From NCBI RefSeq assembly GCF_037042905.1, contig NC_087246.1, forward strand, positions 1,986,001-2,050,000: 64,000 nt of DNA, given 5' to 3'. A program made the position numbers and the translations under genes. Shown one piece after another: positions 1-12,697 of this stretch (positions within the stretch are counted from its first letter, which is position 1; each line of letters starts with the position of its first letter). The notes beneath the pieces are model-generated. The model worked only from the letters and a program-made list of their open reading frames with translations. It ran no database searches and was not told where the DNA came from. Origin of the DNA: Lytechinus pictus. Its lineage: Eukaryota.

Positions 1-354
1 ATTTATATTCTTTATTACCATTTTTATTAGGATCATCGTTTGGATTATTATGATCATCATTAGTATTATTTTTACTTTTATTACCAGCAGAAGCTCTTAT
101 TAAAAATGACATCCCCTCCAATACAAATCCTATTATCTGGAGGTTACTGACCAACACACTTAATACCATTTGCTGAGGCAGCAATTGCTCAGATAAAATC
201 GAAATTAAGCCCATGCTTGATCCGGGCGCCTATTCTTAATGCAAAACTTGCTTTGGCCACAACACACACATGTATCATCGTTCGTTATTACTTTCATTGC
301 ATATCCTGTTATCTTGTAATGACAACACCGTTCTTTTTACTAAAATGAGTTAAT

Positions 355-690
355 TTCATTTTCGGAAATACGAACCTTATTTAATTTTTGAATTAACGAA
401 CCTCATTTCGTTTTCGGACTAACGAACATTATTTTGTTTTCGGACTAACGAACCTTCGGAATTACGAACCTCATTTCGTTTTCGGACTAACGAACATTGT
501 TTTGTTTTCGGACTAACGAACCTTCGGAATTACAAACCTCATTTCGTTTACGGATTAACGAACCTTCGGAATTACGAACCTCATTTCGTTTACGGATTAA
601 CGAACCTTCTGAAATACGAAACTTCGGAATAACGAACCTTCAGAATAACGAATCTTCGGAATAACGAATCTTCGGAATTACGAATGTATG
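355..690. repeat. Tandem array of ~16-30 bp units (TTCGGACTAACGAACC / TTCGGAATTACGAACC), probable arm of a foldback MITE
   Basis: Repeated units read directly from the sequence. Confidence 0.8.
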
Positions 691-1039
691 CGGTAAAATG
701 CTACCAAGTCTCTACGATGCCAATAATAGGCAATGGAAATGTGAATTTTAATAAATAAAAATTCGCAAATCATATCAAAATTATTTTGTAAACTGTTTAT
801 ATTTATGTGCAATAAACTTAATTCGTCAGGAATATCACTATTTTATCAAAAGTATTATCAAATTCATTAGCTGTAAAGTATTTAATTTGGGGTAAAAAGG
901 TTTCACAGTTTAATATAGTAGGTCGAAAATGCATGAACAGTGTTTGGTTTTCCAATCGTTGGAGAAAAAAACCGAAGTGCTCAAAATCAAAATCAGCATG
1001 AACAATAACAGAAACAATAAAACAGAAAGTCAAAAAGGG

Positions 1040-1078
1040 GCCTAAGCTTTCGATCCCAGCAGAATCTTCGTCGGAGGC
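1040..1078 (-). ncRNA. Minimal type I hammerhead ribozyme-like motif of the Penelope element
   Basis: Minus strand reads GCCU-CCGACGA-A-GAUUC-ugcug-GGAUC-GAAA-GC-UU-AGGC: stem I GCCU/AGGC, stem II GAUUC/GGAUC, palindromic AAGCUU in place of stem III. Core has C instead of U at position 4. Confidence 0.7.
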
Positions 1079-2019
1079 AAAATGACAAACATATAAAGTG
1101 GAACAACCATAGTATAGACCACAAACAAGCTACAGCAACACTAGAAACAAGGAGACAAAAGGGGCATTAGTGAGTATAGAGAAGACCAATCAGGTTAGTG
1201 AAGGGGATGAAAGAAAAGGAGTAGGCAGACACAAAGGGAAGTTAGTGTAAGGCCAGTAAAAGACCTCAAGCCAAGAGGGATTAAGATAATGAGGCAGGCA
1301 ACATCAAACAGGATCTGGAACAAAACAGTGATAGAGGGATGAATAACAAGAGAATTAGTGAGAGGTGGGTCAAACAGATTACAAAGAAAGGCACAATAAA
1401 CTGGTGCATAAGAGTGGGGGGGGGGGGGAAAAGGAAAAGAATAGGGAACAACTGATAATGTGCAAAATACATATAAGTATATATGATAAAGCATTAAACA
1501 AACTAAGAGAAGAAGGTAAGTGTAAATATGTATCTATAGGTGATATGTATATAAATATATCCAAAAAAGAAATGTATATGAAACAATGTAAATACACATA
1601 TGGTGTAACTGATATTGTAATCCGCTAGGTGTGACGGGAAAAAACATAAGACTATATAGTAGAAAAAAAAGAAAAAAAGAAGAAAAAAAAAACCAACCCT
1701 GTATATGTGAAAAAGAGGAAGCAAATTGCCTAAAAAGGTAAAAGCAAATATAGAAGAGAGGGGGTGTATTATGAAGAAACCATAGTATACATGTAAATAA
1801 GCAAATGTGGTAAATCTAAAAGAGGTGAGTGGAGAAAAAAAAAATTATATATATATATCATAATTATTATATCGCCTGAATAAGGAAGGAAAAATTGGAG
1901 CTGAGCTTGTATTAGATATGGGAGGAAAGTAGAGGAAGAAACTATAATGTAACTATTCAAAAGAGCTGAGGGGAAAAATTATATGTATATATAAATTGAA
2001 AGTGGATAGGAAAGAATAA

Positions 2020-4686
2020 TCAGTCGTTCCCCTCTTGGATGTTCAGGCCATGAGGTTGGGTGGTGCGAAGTCGTCTCATCCAGAGCTTCTCTCTGCTAGT
2101 ACGGACTGAGTCAGGACGGGTACCTAAAGATTCAATGCCCTGTAGCATCATGTCAGTGATGGAGTGGTTGGGGAGGTTAAAATGGCGGCCAACTGGAGTG
2201 TCCAGCTTTGCTGTGTTGACGGTGGATATGTGCCCGTAGAATCGTTTCTTGAGTGTGGTCTTGGTTTCCCCTATGTATTGTACCCTACAAACTCTGCAAG
2301 TGATGAGATATACAACATTAGTGGTAGTGCATGTGATGTTGCCCTTGATTTGGTGAGACAGGCTGGTAGACTTGCTGGTGAAAGTGTCGCCCTCGTGAAG
2401 GTGTATTTCACATATGATGCACCTGTTGCTGGTGCATTTGAAGGTGCCATGCTGTATGGGAGAAGAATGGTTAGTGAGGGAGGGCACTTCAGCACGAACA
2501 ATGAGGTCCCTGATATTCGGTGGGCGTCGGTATGCTAGAAGGGGAGTATCGGGAACGGCCTGTTGGAGACGATCGGAAGTGTGTAAAATGTGGTGGTTAT
2601 CACACAGGATTTTGCGGAGAGGGGGTAGATTGGGATGGAAGGTGGTCACAAGCGGTATTCTGTCGGTAGTCTCCTTGTCACTTTTTGGTTTGAGAACTTC
2701 AGATCTGGGTAGAGAACGAACTTTGTTAATTGCCAGTTGGACTGCCCTGGCCCCGTGGCCCCTGGCACAGAGATGTTTCTGCAAATTCCTGGCATGGAAG
2801 GAAAAATCAGGGTCCTCGGAGCAGATACGGCGAAGTCTGAGGGCTTGACTGTAAGCGATGCTGGTTTTGCAGTGACGGGGGTGGCAGCTGGATGAGTGGA
2901 GGTACTGGTGGGTATATGTGGGTTTAGAGTATAGGGTAGTGGTGATACCGTTAGACTTTTTCTGGACTGTGACATCAAGGAAGTGGGTTTCCTGTTGGGA
3001 GAAATCAGAAGTGAATTTGATGGTCCTGTGGATGGAATTGATGTGGTCAATGAATTTATGGAGGCTATCTTCATCCCAGGTCCAGATGAAGAAAATGTCG
3101 TCTATGTAACGCCACCAAATCCATGGGCGACAGGGGGCTGAATCTAACATCTGCTGTTCCAGCTTGGTCATGAAGAGACAGGCGAATGAAGGAGCCATCC
3201 GGGTGCCCATTGCTGTACCGAATATCTGTAGGTAGTGCTTGCCCATGAATGTGAAGTTGTTTTTTGTTAGTACATGAGACATCAGAGATTTGATATCGGA
3301 TATGGGGGGACTGGAATGGCCACTGGCGGCCAAGGCTTCACATGATGCTTGGATACCTTCGTCGTGGGGAATGCTGGTGTACAGTGAAGAAACATCGAAA
3401 GTGCCGATGATCGCAGTCTCGGGTATCTGGTCCTTGATGTCATTTAGTTTCCTGAGAAAGTCTGGAGTGTCGTGGATGTAAGAGGGTGCACGTGAGACAA
3501 GGGGCTTAATGTGGTAATCAACAAAAAGGGAGATGTTCTCTGTTGAGGAACCATTTCCTGAGAGGATGGGTCGACCGGAGTTGCCAGGTTTGTGGATCTT
3601 CGGGAGGAGATAGAAGCGGGCAGATTTAGCATTAGTAGGGGAGAAAAATTTGTGGGCCTTCTCGGAGAGATGCTTGTGTTCTTTCATGTCATTCAGTGTC
3701 GAATGGATCTGTAGGGAGAAATTACAAGTAGGGTCAGAATCGAGGAGTGCATAGTGAGATCGATTATTGAGATGTTTCATGGCTTCATCGATGTACTGCT
3801 GGCGGTCCATAACAACGACGGCTGATCCTTTGTCTGCAGGCTTGATGATGATGTCGGACCTGTTTTTGAGTGATGAGAGAGCTTGGCGTTCTTCTCGAGG
3901 AAGGTTGTCATGTGCTCTGGTGTCGAGGGTATCTGTGGAGCGGACTTGGGATGAGACAGCTTGGATGTAAGTTTCAAGGGAAGGAACTCTATTCTTGGGT
4001 GGAATCCATGTGCTTTTCTTGTAGAAGGGCTCGGGATCAGGAGGGGGTGCATCTAAAAAGAACTCTTTGAGACGTATCCTGCGATAGAATGTAGAGAGGT
4101 CTTGGCTGAGAGCTATCTGTTCAACTTCTGGTGGCGTGGGGCAAAACTTGAGACCTTTAGAGAGAAGAGAGGTTTCTGCTTGGGAGAGAGGGGAGGATGA
4201 GAGATTAACAACCAATTGGGGGGATGCATCATTGTTGTTGGTATGTCGTCTAAATCTGTTTGACCGTTGTCGCTTCTTTGTGAGGTTGCCTATTTTCTTG
4301 TTCCTGCGTTCAGTGAGGAGAGACCTATGTTTAGAGAGATCAGATTCAATTCCATCATTATACTGAAGCCATTGGGTTTGGGTACAGCAAGAACGTAGTT
4401 AGTCTTCCAGGTTACTGATGTCAGCTGAAAAAGAATCAAGAGAAGCAATACACTGTTCAGAGAGGATGTTAATTAGTCGAACTGAAGCTCCATGTAAGGT
4501 CTGGTTCCATCGTTTGCGAAGTTCAGGTGTGAGCGTACCGAGACCGGGAGTGCAATGAAGTTGGAGGCCTGTGGGTATAATACGATTGAGGGAATAAAAT
4601 CTGTAATTGTCCTGGTGAAAAGAGGTCTTGAGGGCCTTCAGCTTGATCTTCCTGAGCTGGTGAAATAAAGATAGATGGTTAGTCAT
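2020..4686 (-). CDS. Penelope-like reverse transcriptase + GIY-YIG endonuclease, 888-codon frame with one in-frame TAA at 4399-4401
   Basis: RT motifs ADKGSAVVV, FYLLPKIHK, FDVSSLYT, GTAMGTRMAPSFA, RYIDD; Cys-rich linker CTSNRCIIC; endonuclease VVYLITC..C..QYIGET, RFYGH, GRHF, REKLW, GLN. ORF-track entries 4399..4686 and 2020..4215 are in the same frame and I translated the gap with no further stops. Confidence 0.93.
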
Positions 4687-4771
4687 GGTAGAAAAGAGAC
4701 CTATAATAAAAAAAAATAAAAAAAAAAGGGTATAAACAAATCAAATATAAAGAATGAGAAAAGTTGAGATA

Positions 4772-7700
4772 TAGTAGACTTGTTAACTGCAAAAAAAGGG
4801 GTGAACGCTGCATTTTTTAGTACAAATGTCCCACTTGGCACAAATGTTCCTTGAGTCAAAAGAAAAGGATTCATCCAAAGAGACACGCTGTATCTATGCA
4901 AATAAGCAAGTAATTTGCATAAATTTGCATATTATGTCGATATAGTAAAAACAAGTATTTCAGAATAAATTTTTAACCAGAACTGCCCTAAAATTGGTAA
5001 TAAAGACTTAGGGTAAGAAAGGGAAGAAAATTGTCATAAAATAATTGGGATATCCTTGTTTATTATTACCTAATTTACATAAATTATGCAAATTATAATT
5101 TAAAACAAAGTATTTTTTCATGAATCCTGAACTGTTTTATAAATAACAGCAATTAATACACAATGTCAACATTCTACATGGAAGAGAATATATTAGCGAA
5201 AACATCGATATGCTTCATGACAGTATTAGTGTCTTAATTTGCTTAGAAAGAGGGCAAATATGTCAAAATGTATGACGTGCTATTGCGCTAAAACGAGACC
5301 AAAACAACCTCTATATCACAGTCACACTCACGAATCGGACAATAAAGCGATCAATGGTATGTCATTCGAGATAACACAATCTCAACACAATAGCTTCCAT
5401 CGGCTTCTCGTATCGCTTTTGTTGGTGTGTCTGCCATACCGTAATCTATGGTATATACGGGCAAAATGCATTTCGGTATCGGTAAAACACTATTAATTTT
5501 TTTTTTTTCTAATTTGTTTCTCTTGGAAAATCTACAGGAGACATTGCTTTGCAGGTTACTGCTTTAATGAAGCTCTGGCACATGAATCATGACGAACGTA
5601 CCCCACCTCAATCCATATTTTAACTTTATTAAAATATATATCTTTTGGAGACCCCGAAGTGGCAAAACTGCATTCCCCACGGCATTCCCGCTACTTTACA
5701 AAACCAGTTTGACTTGTATTATCGACTTGGAAAAGACAGAAGTATGAGACATCAGTTAACATGTTTCCAGAAGATAGTTTTTTATTGTTTATTTAAGCCT
5801 ACGTCCATGGGAGCCCTCCGAATTTACCCCATCCCCTCTCTGTATTTCGACACTACATAAAAAAAAAATATCGTGTTTTAAAGCCATGGGCAAGGCAAAT
5901 TGCGTTTTTGGTATAATAAAGCAACTTTTATATCTATATTTCATATTTATCTATATTAATATTATTATTATCATTAATATTATTATTATTATTATTATTA
6001 TTGTTATTATTATTGTTGTTGTTGTTGTTTTGCAGTTTGTAATAATGCTCTAGCACAGTAAAGGCTATAACTCAACATGAGCGTGCCTAGGATACCCTTT
6101 CCCCTTTTGGTTTTATGTATTCAAAAATAGTTTATTGTCTTTAGAACTCATATCTTGGAATAGATTGAGGTGAAAATACTCTACAATTGACATGTAGAAG
6201 AGCTGTGGTACATTGAATAAAAGCCACACGTAAGCTCTAAAATACCCCTTTATTGATTCCACTCTATGTTAAATTTAAATATTTTTAGAGTCCATTCGGA
6301 AGAAAGATACATTTCTACTACACACAGTAAAGCCTCTTTACTTTCTCCTCTTGAAAAAAAAAACATAGAAGGCATTGTTTTATATCGCATAAAATAAGTT
6401 CGTGTAAATGACGGTGGCCTGTCGAAGTTGCCCAACCCTTTATTTTGTTTTGACAATATATATTTAGAATATCGTCTAAATGAAGCCCTCATCTGGAAAA
6501 GGGCACTTATTAAAGGCAGCATCTACATTATATAGAGGAGGCCCTGGTACTTGGAAGCGGGGGCTGAAGCACCCGCAAGATTTTTCTGAAGGGGGGGGGG
6601 ATGTGCTGCGTGTGTTATTCTCCATAGACAGCACCCCCTGGAATTCCGGCAGATGTGACAAAACGAAAAAAAAAAGAAACGTTACCAAAAAAAAACCCTT
6701 CATTTTGTAGTGCAATCCATTTTGTTTATTTGCTTGTTAAATTTCTTGATGTAAATTTGAAAAGCAAAAAAGTTTCAATGTAAAATTTTGGTCCGAAGAA
6801 ATTTAACAAGCTTCAGTCCCCTCTTCCCAGTGCCAGGGCCTCCTATATATGGTGTAGATGCTGCCTTTAATAAGTGCCCTTTTCCAGATGAGGGTTTCAG
6901 ATCATTTAGACGATATTCTAAATATATATTGTCGAAACAAAATAAACGGTTGGGCAACTTCGACAGGCCACCGTCACGTACACGAACTTATTTTATGAGA
7001 TATAAAACAATGCCTTCTATGTTTTTTTTTTTCAAGAGGAGAATGCAAAGAGGCTTTACTTTGTGTAGTAGAAATTCATCTTTCTTCCGGTTGGGCTCTA
7101 AAAATATTTAAATTTAACATGGAGTGGAATCAATAAAGGGCTGTGTGGCTGTTCTTCAATGTACCACAGCTCCTCTTCATGTCAGTTGTAGAGTATTTTC
7201 TCCTCAATCTATTCCAAGATATCAATACAAACAAAAGTAATCTTTTAAGAGTTCTAAAGACAATAAACTATTTTTGAATACATAAAACCAAAAAGGGAGA
7301 GGGTATCCTAGGCATGCTCATGTTGGGTTATAGCCTTTACTGTGCTAGAGCACTATTACAAATGGCAGAACAATAATAATAATAATAATAATAACAGTAA
7401 TAATAATAATAATAATAATATTAATAATAATTATAATAATATCAATAATGATGAATGTAAATATAAAAATATAGATATAAAAGTTGCTTTATTATACCAA
7501 TAAACGCAATTTGCCTTGCCGATGGTTTTAAAACACGATATTTTTTTTATTTAAAGTCGAAATACGGAGAGGGGATGGGGTAAATTCGGAGGGCTCCCGT
7601 GGGCGTAGGCTTAAATAAACAAAACAAAAATTCTTCAGGAAACATGTTGACTGATGTCTCATACATCTGTCTTTTCCAAGTCGATTATACAAGTCAAACT

Positions 7701-8627
7701 GGTTTTGTAAAGTGGCGGGAATGCAGGGGGATGCAGTTTTGCCACCTCGGGGTCTCCAAAAAGATATATATTTTAATAAAGTTAAAATATGGATTGAGGT
7801 AGGATACATTCGTCATGATTCATGTGCCAGAGTTTCATTAAAGCAGTAACCTGCAAAGCAATGTCTCCTGTAAATTTTCCAAGAGAAACAAATTAGAAAC
7901 AAATAAAACAAAATTAATAGTGTTTTACCGATACCGAAATGCATTTTGCCCGTATATACCATAGATTACGGTGTGGCATACACACCAACAAAAGCGATAC
8001 GAGAAGCCGATGGAAGCTATTGTGTTGAGATTGTGTTATCTCGAATGACATACCATTGATCGCTTTATTGTCCGATTCGTGAGTGTGACTGTGACATAGA
8101 GATTGTTTTGGTCTCGTTTTAGCGCAATATCACGTCATACATTTTGACATATTTGCCCTCTTTCTAAGCAAATTAAGACACTAATACTGTCATGAAGCAT
8201 ATCGATGTTTTCGCTAATATATTATCTTTCATGAAGAATGTTGACATTGTGTATTAGTTGCTGTTTTTTAAAAGCAGTTCAGGATTCATGAAAAAATACT
8301 CTGTTTTAAATTATAATTTGCATAATTTATGTAAATTAGGTAATAATAAACAAGGATATCCCAATTATTTTATGACAATTTTCTTCCCTTTCTTACCCTA
8401 AGTCTTTATTTCCAATTTTAGGGCAGTTCTGGTTAAATATATATTCTGAAATACTTGTTTTTACTATATTGACATAATATGCAAATTTATGCAAATTACT
8501 TGCTTATTTGCATAGATACAGCGTGTCTCTTTGGATGAATCTTTTTCTTTTGACTCAAGGAACATTTGTGCCAAGTGGGACATTTGTACTCAAAAATGCA
8601 GCGTTCAACCTCTTAACAAGTCTACTA
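4772..8627. mobile_element. Non-autonomous Academ-like foldback (element A1), ~1.8-kb TIRs
   Basis: ata|TAGTAGACTTGTTAA ... TTAACAAGTCTACTA|ata (3-bp TSD ATA). Arms 4772-6570 and 6810-8627 are reverse complements; ~240-bp spacer; no coding capacity. Confidence 0.85.
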
Positions 8628-8934
8628 ATATGAACTGGACCTAAAACAGAATGATGATTCGAATACACAAAGTCACATGTAATTAAATCAAGCTGAAAAG
8701 TAAAATCGACCAGACAAAGATACCAGAAAAAAAAACAAAAACAAAGATGCAAGTTTAACTGTGGAAGGAAAGTAAATAAGAAAACACTAAAATACAAATA
8801 CAGAAAATCAAACATATATGGATAAATCAAGACAAATTAGATAAGGAGGATCACATGGGAGTGATACAACAGCAGAATAGGAGATCAATGGCAAAAAGAA
8901 GCTGCTGAAAACTGCTTATCTAAAAAAAGAGAGC

Positions 8935-9022
8935 CAACAATAAAACAATAACAATAACAACAACAACAATAATAATGATGATGATGATAATAATAATAAT
9001 AATAATGATAATAATAATAATG
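8935..9022. repeat. (AAC)n/(AAT)n/(GAT)n compound microsatellite
   Basis: Direct reading. Confidence 0.9.
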
Positions 9023-9285
9023 ATAGAGGGGATAATTATGATAAATATTGGTTTATATCCTATAAAGAATATCACTACATTAAACAAAAATTCCCCCACC
9101 TTGAAACCTGGGGGTGGAGCACGATTGTATACCCATCGCTGTCTACACCTCTCCATAAGGCTCTACGGTGTATCTTGTATACCTCTAATCAACATAAACA
9201 GCAGCTTTTAACATGTTTAAGGCACTAAATTATGAAGGGTCAAATTCAAATATGCCGGGTTTTTTTTCTTCATCAATCTATAAAG

Positions 9286-9453
9286 GCCTTGTTTCCTGCA
9301 ATGATACCAAACTAATGCCAGATGGAACATTCCCCCTGACAGCTCTAGCAAGTTATCCAGGTTCTGGTAATACATGGGTGAGACATCTTATAGAGACATC
9401 AACCGGATACGCCACGGGACATGTGGCACCAAGCTACATACTCGTCAATGCAG
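9286..9453 (+). CDS. WSCD-family sulfotransferase, internal coding exon (5'-PAPS-binding loop)
   Basis: taaag|GC...GCAG|gt, phase 1 both ends; encodes LTALASYPGSGNTWVRHLIETSTGYATG, matching the WSCD1/2-type motif ALASFPGAGNTW.RHLIE.ATG. Confidence 0.9.
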
Positions 9454-10768
9454 GTACACCCGTCTATACCCACCCTATTTTCTCTGACTCGATTTTTTTT
9501 CTCTCTCTCTTTCCAAGTTGGATTTCTTATACTAGCTTTATTTTCTGTCATACCATGGTTCCAGATACCAGCCAACCGTATCCTACCTCCGCACCGATCG
9601 AACGGCCGCGAAATTATTTTTCCCACTGTAGTTCCGGATTCCAATATGAATATTCATGACTTGCGTCTTCGAAATAAGAGTACACATGTTACCGTTACCG
9701 GTACCCTTACATAGGCCTTGTTACAACCGATAATCCCGACTTTTCGCTGGAGAACGCCACCGCAGATTTACGACGGAAGTTGACTTTGGAAGAGACTTTT
9801 GGGCCCGTCGTAAAAGACTGTCCTGTAATGCAAGTTGCGTGATATGAGAATTTTTTTTTGCGTTTCGCATCTGCAACGGAAACATTCAATCTGCGTTTCG
9901 TGTGCAAAGTTCTGGTTGCTACTATGGTAACAGCGATATATTCGATTTAGGACGAGTTTCCAGAGCCTCATTTGGTTCCTCCTAGAGCTCGAGAGGCTGC
10001 CCGGGGGCGAAATTATTTTTCCCACCGCAGTTGTGGAAGCCAATATGAATATTCATGACTTGCGTCTTCGGAATAAGAGTACGCATGCGCGTATATTTAA
10101 CGTTAGCGTTCACGTTGCCACAAATGAACCAGCACCCTCAAATTATACCCTTACATTAGTTACATAGGCCTTATAGGCTTAGATCTATATCTAGATCCAA
10201 TTTTTAAATACTTATCAAACTGCCATTAATGACAAGACAAAATACTAGACTAGGGCTAGCCTAGGCTAGGGATAGCTTAGGCAAGCGCATTAACTTTATC
10301 TCAAATCTGGACCTGTCTAATGCCTAATTATAGAACTAGTCCTAGATCTAAAAAAAATTATCTTAGTATAGTCAGATAGTCTCTAGACCTTGATAGACTC
10401 TGATCTACGCTGTATCAGCATGGAACGTATTCAAACGTCAGGCACAGTGAGCAGAATAAGCAGTTACGTAAACTGTCTAGATCTATGTTTAACGCACGGC
10501 TCTGCATTATACTAATATTGTAATCGCAGAGTAAACTGTCGATCTTGATCCCCGTCTTGATCAACAAAATATAATAGATCGATCTGCGTTTTCTTTACCA
10601 ATTATTAAGTTTTTAATTTCTCGTGCTCCAAATCGGCAATTGTGTTACTAGAATCTAGATCTAGTTCTATATACGGACTAGACCTATTAAACCAAGGCGA
10701 CCAAGCTCATCGGTCTAACGTTTACAAAACAGTAAACGTAAAGTTCGGAATTAACCAATTCTGAGTTA

Positions 10769-12675
10769 TACCTTGGTCACATTTGCTCTACGGCGGCCGT
10801 TCGGCGGCCGTAGATACCTGAATTCGAGAAATTTCTGCGGCGGCCGCAGAAAATCTGCGGTGGCCGCAGGGTCGACGTACGGCGGATTCCTACTTTTTAC
10901 AGGCCGTAGGGGTGGCCGCAGAATTTTAACGCGGAGTTATAACATTTTTTTATTTTCTACGCTCGCCGTAGAAATTAGAATAGCCGTAGGCATGGCGTAG
11001 AACGGTCTACGGCGGCCGTACGTCGAGCGTACGGTGGCCGTGCGGCTGCCCTCGTGTTTTTCTTCCCTCCTTTCCCCTTCTCCTTTTGTGTTATCTGCTC
11101 AGGAGCCACCAGGCGCGTATTTAGAATTTTGCACCTCGGGGGCCCTACCTATAATTTTAGCCCATATGCATGTGTACTTTTCAGAAAAAATGGCGACCCC
11201 TCCTCGTCAGGCAAACAGGTGTCTTAAATGCATGTTGAATTATCTTATTTCATAATCACATGAAAAAGGGCAACTGCAGACCAGGCACTTTTTTAATGAT
11301 GACTTGATAAAAAGTAATCTATCCATGAATATGATGTAATACCACTTTTTTTTTTAGAACAAATGTGACCAGGAAGCACAGACATTGCCCTTTCACCAGC
11401 GGCTAACTTGGGTAAAATATGACGTTATTATCATTATTATTAGTATTATCATGGGGAGTTAAATGCTGATTTTTGTTGTTTCCTAGGGTGTAGTTCTTAC
11501 TTAAGACTAAAGCGTTTATTAACATCTTAACATTATTCATACAAACAAGTTAGCATGGTTAAGGGAGATTTATTTCATAAGTCCAGATAAATAATGCGAA
11601 CGCGATTTTTGATAGCTTGTGTATAGACCTGAAAATATAATATTCTGAGAAGTTTTGTAAGCATGAGCAGGTTGGGTATCTCTCTATCTGTCAGGGCGAG
11701 CTGAAAATTTTTTATATTCCAAAATGACCCAAAGTTTGGAAATTCTAAGCATTATTGGTAATCATGAACAGGATGGGCACTTAAAAATTATTCGATCCGT
11801 GCGCGAAGCGCGAGCTGAACCTATTTTATATTTCGTTCCAAAACTAGACATTCTACGCAATTTAGGTGATCATTAACAGGATGTCCATCTAACTAATCAT
11901 TCGATGCGAGCGCGAAGCGCGAATCACCCCAAAGGTCGATTTGCCCCTCCCCCCTCCCTTCCTAGGTCGAACATTACTGATCGTATAATATTCAGATCAG
12001 TGTCAAACATTAATTTGGCGACCCCCCTTCCTAGGTCGAACATCAATTTGCCCCCCCCCCACTTTTATTACTCCCCCTTTTCTCTTCTCTCCTTTTCTCT
12101 TCTTCTTGTTTCCTTCTCTCTTTCTTTTCTCCCTTTTCTCTTTCTCTTCTTTCCCCCTCCTTTTTTATCTCCCTTTTCTTTCCCTTTCTTTCCTCCCTCT
12201 TTTTGGCGCCCCCTTTTCGCCTACCCGGGGGCCCGGGCCCCGAACCCCCCCCTCCCTCCCACCCAGAATACGCGCATGGGCATGGTGCGACACTTTGAAA
12301 ACTTTCTGAAATGAAATGTCTAATGTAAAATATCATGAGTGTGACAAGCAATTCATGGTATACTCACTGTATAGTTCCCCTGCGGCCGCCGTGAGGGCGC
12401 CTTGCGGCCACCTCGCGTCTGCCGTAGTATTTGTCAAAAACCTACGGCCAGCGCAGGGTCGCCCTAGGGCGACCGTACGTCATGATTTCAAGGACATACG
12501 TCAGCCGCAGATTTTTTTCTCCATAAATTAAAAAATACGCCGTGCGGCGACCGTAACATATGTGACCACTAGAGTAAGTGGCCGTGGAAATTCTGAGGCG
12601 ACCGTAGAATTGCTACTCGCCGTAGAAATTTTAGAATCTACGGCGGCCGTAGCAAATGTGACCAAAATCATGGCA
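10769..12675. mobile_element. PIF/Harbinger-type MITE with CGGCCG-rich subterminal repeats
   Basis: tta|TACCTTGGTCACATTTGCT ... AGCAAATGTGACC(aaaatc)ATGGCA|tta; TTA TSD; contains a further GC-ended insert at ~11110-12278. Confidence 0.65.
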
Positions 12676-12697
12676 TTAGTCAGCCGCTGGCATTATA

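Larger units (their letters stand above)
985..8935 (-). mobile_element. Penelope-like retroelement (Neptune-type), 5' UTR interrupted by the 4772-8627 foldback; outer boundaries approximate
   Basis: RT+GIY-YIG ORF at 2020-4686(-). Strongly strand-biased (T/C-rich on minus) flanks at ~985-2019, 4687-4771 and 8628-8935 are interpreted as UTRs. Hammerhead-like motif near the 3' end. Confidence 0.75.

Noticed and set aside
355..690. Regular repeats superficially like a CRISPR array (also 26150-26530 and 16740-17210)
   Set aside because: No unique spacers, no cas genes, eukaryotic context; these are MITE subterminal tandem units.
2164..4366. Several + strand ORFs overlapping the Penelope ORF
   Set aside because: Antisense shadow frames with no recognisable motifs.
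4399..4401. Selenocysteine recoding of the Penelope internal stop
   Set aside because: The codon is TAA, not TGA.
11904..12351. Low-complexity Phe/Leu/Ser- or Lys/Glu-rich ORFs (also 27235-27607 and 52456-52875)
   Set aside because: Products of polypyrimidine/polypurine tracts, mostly within repeats.
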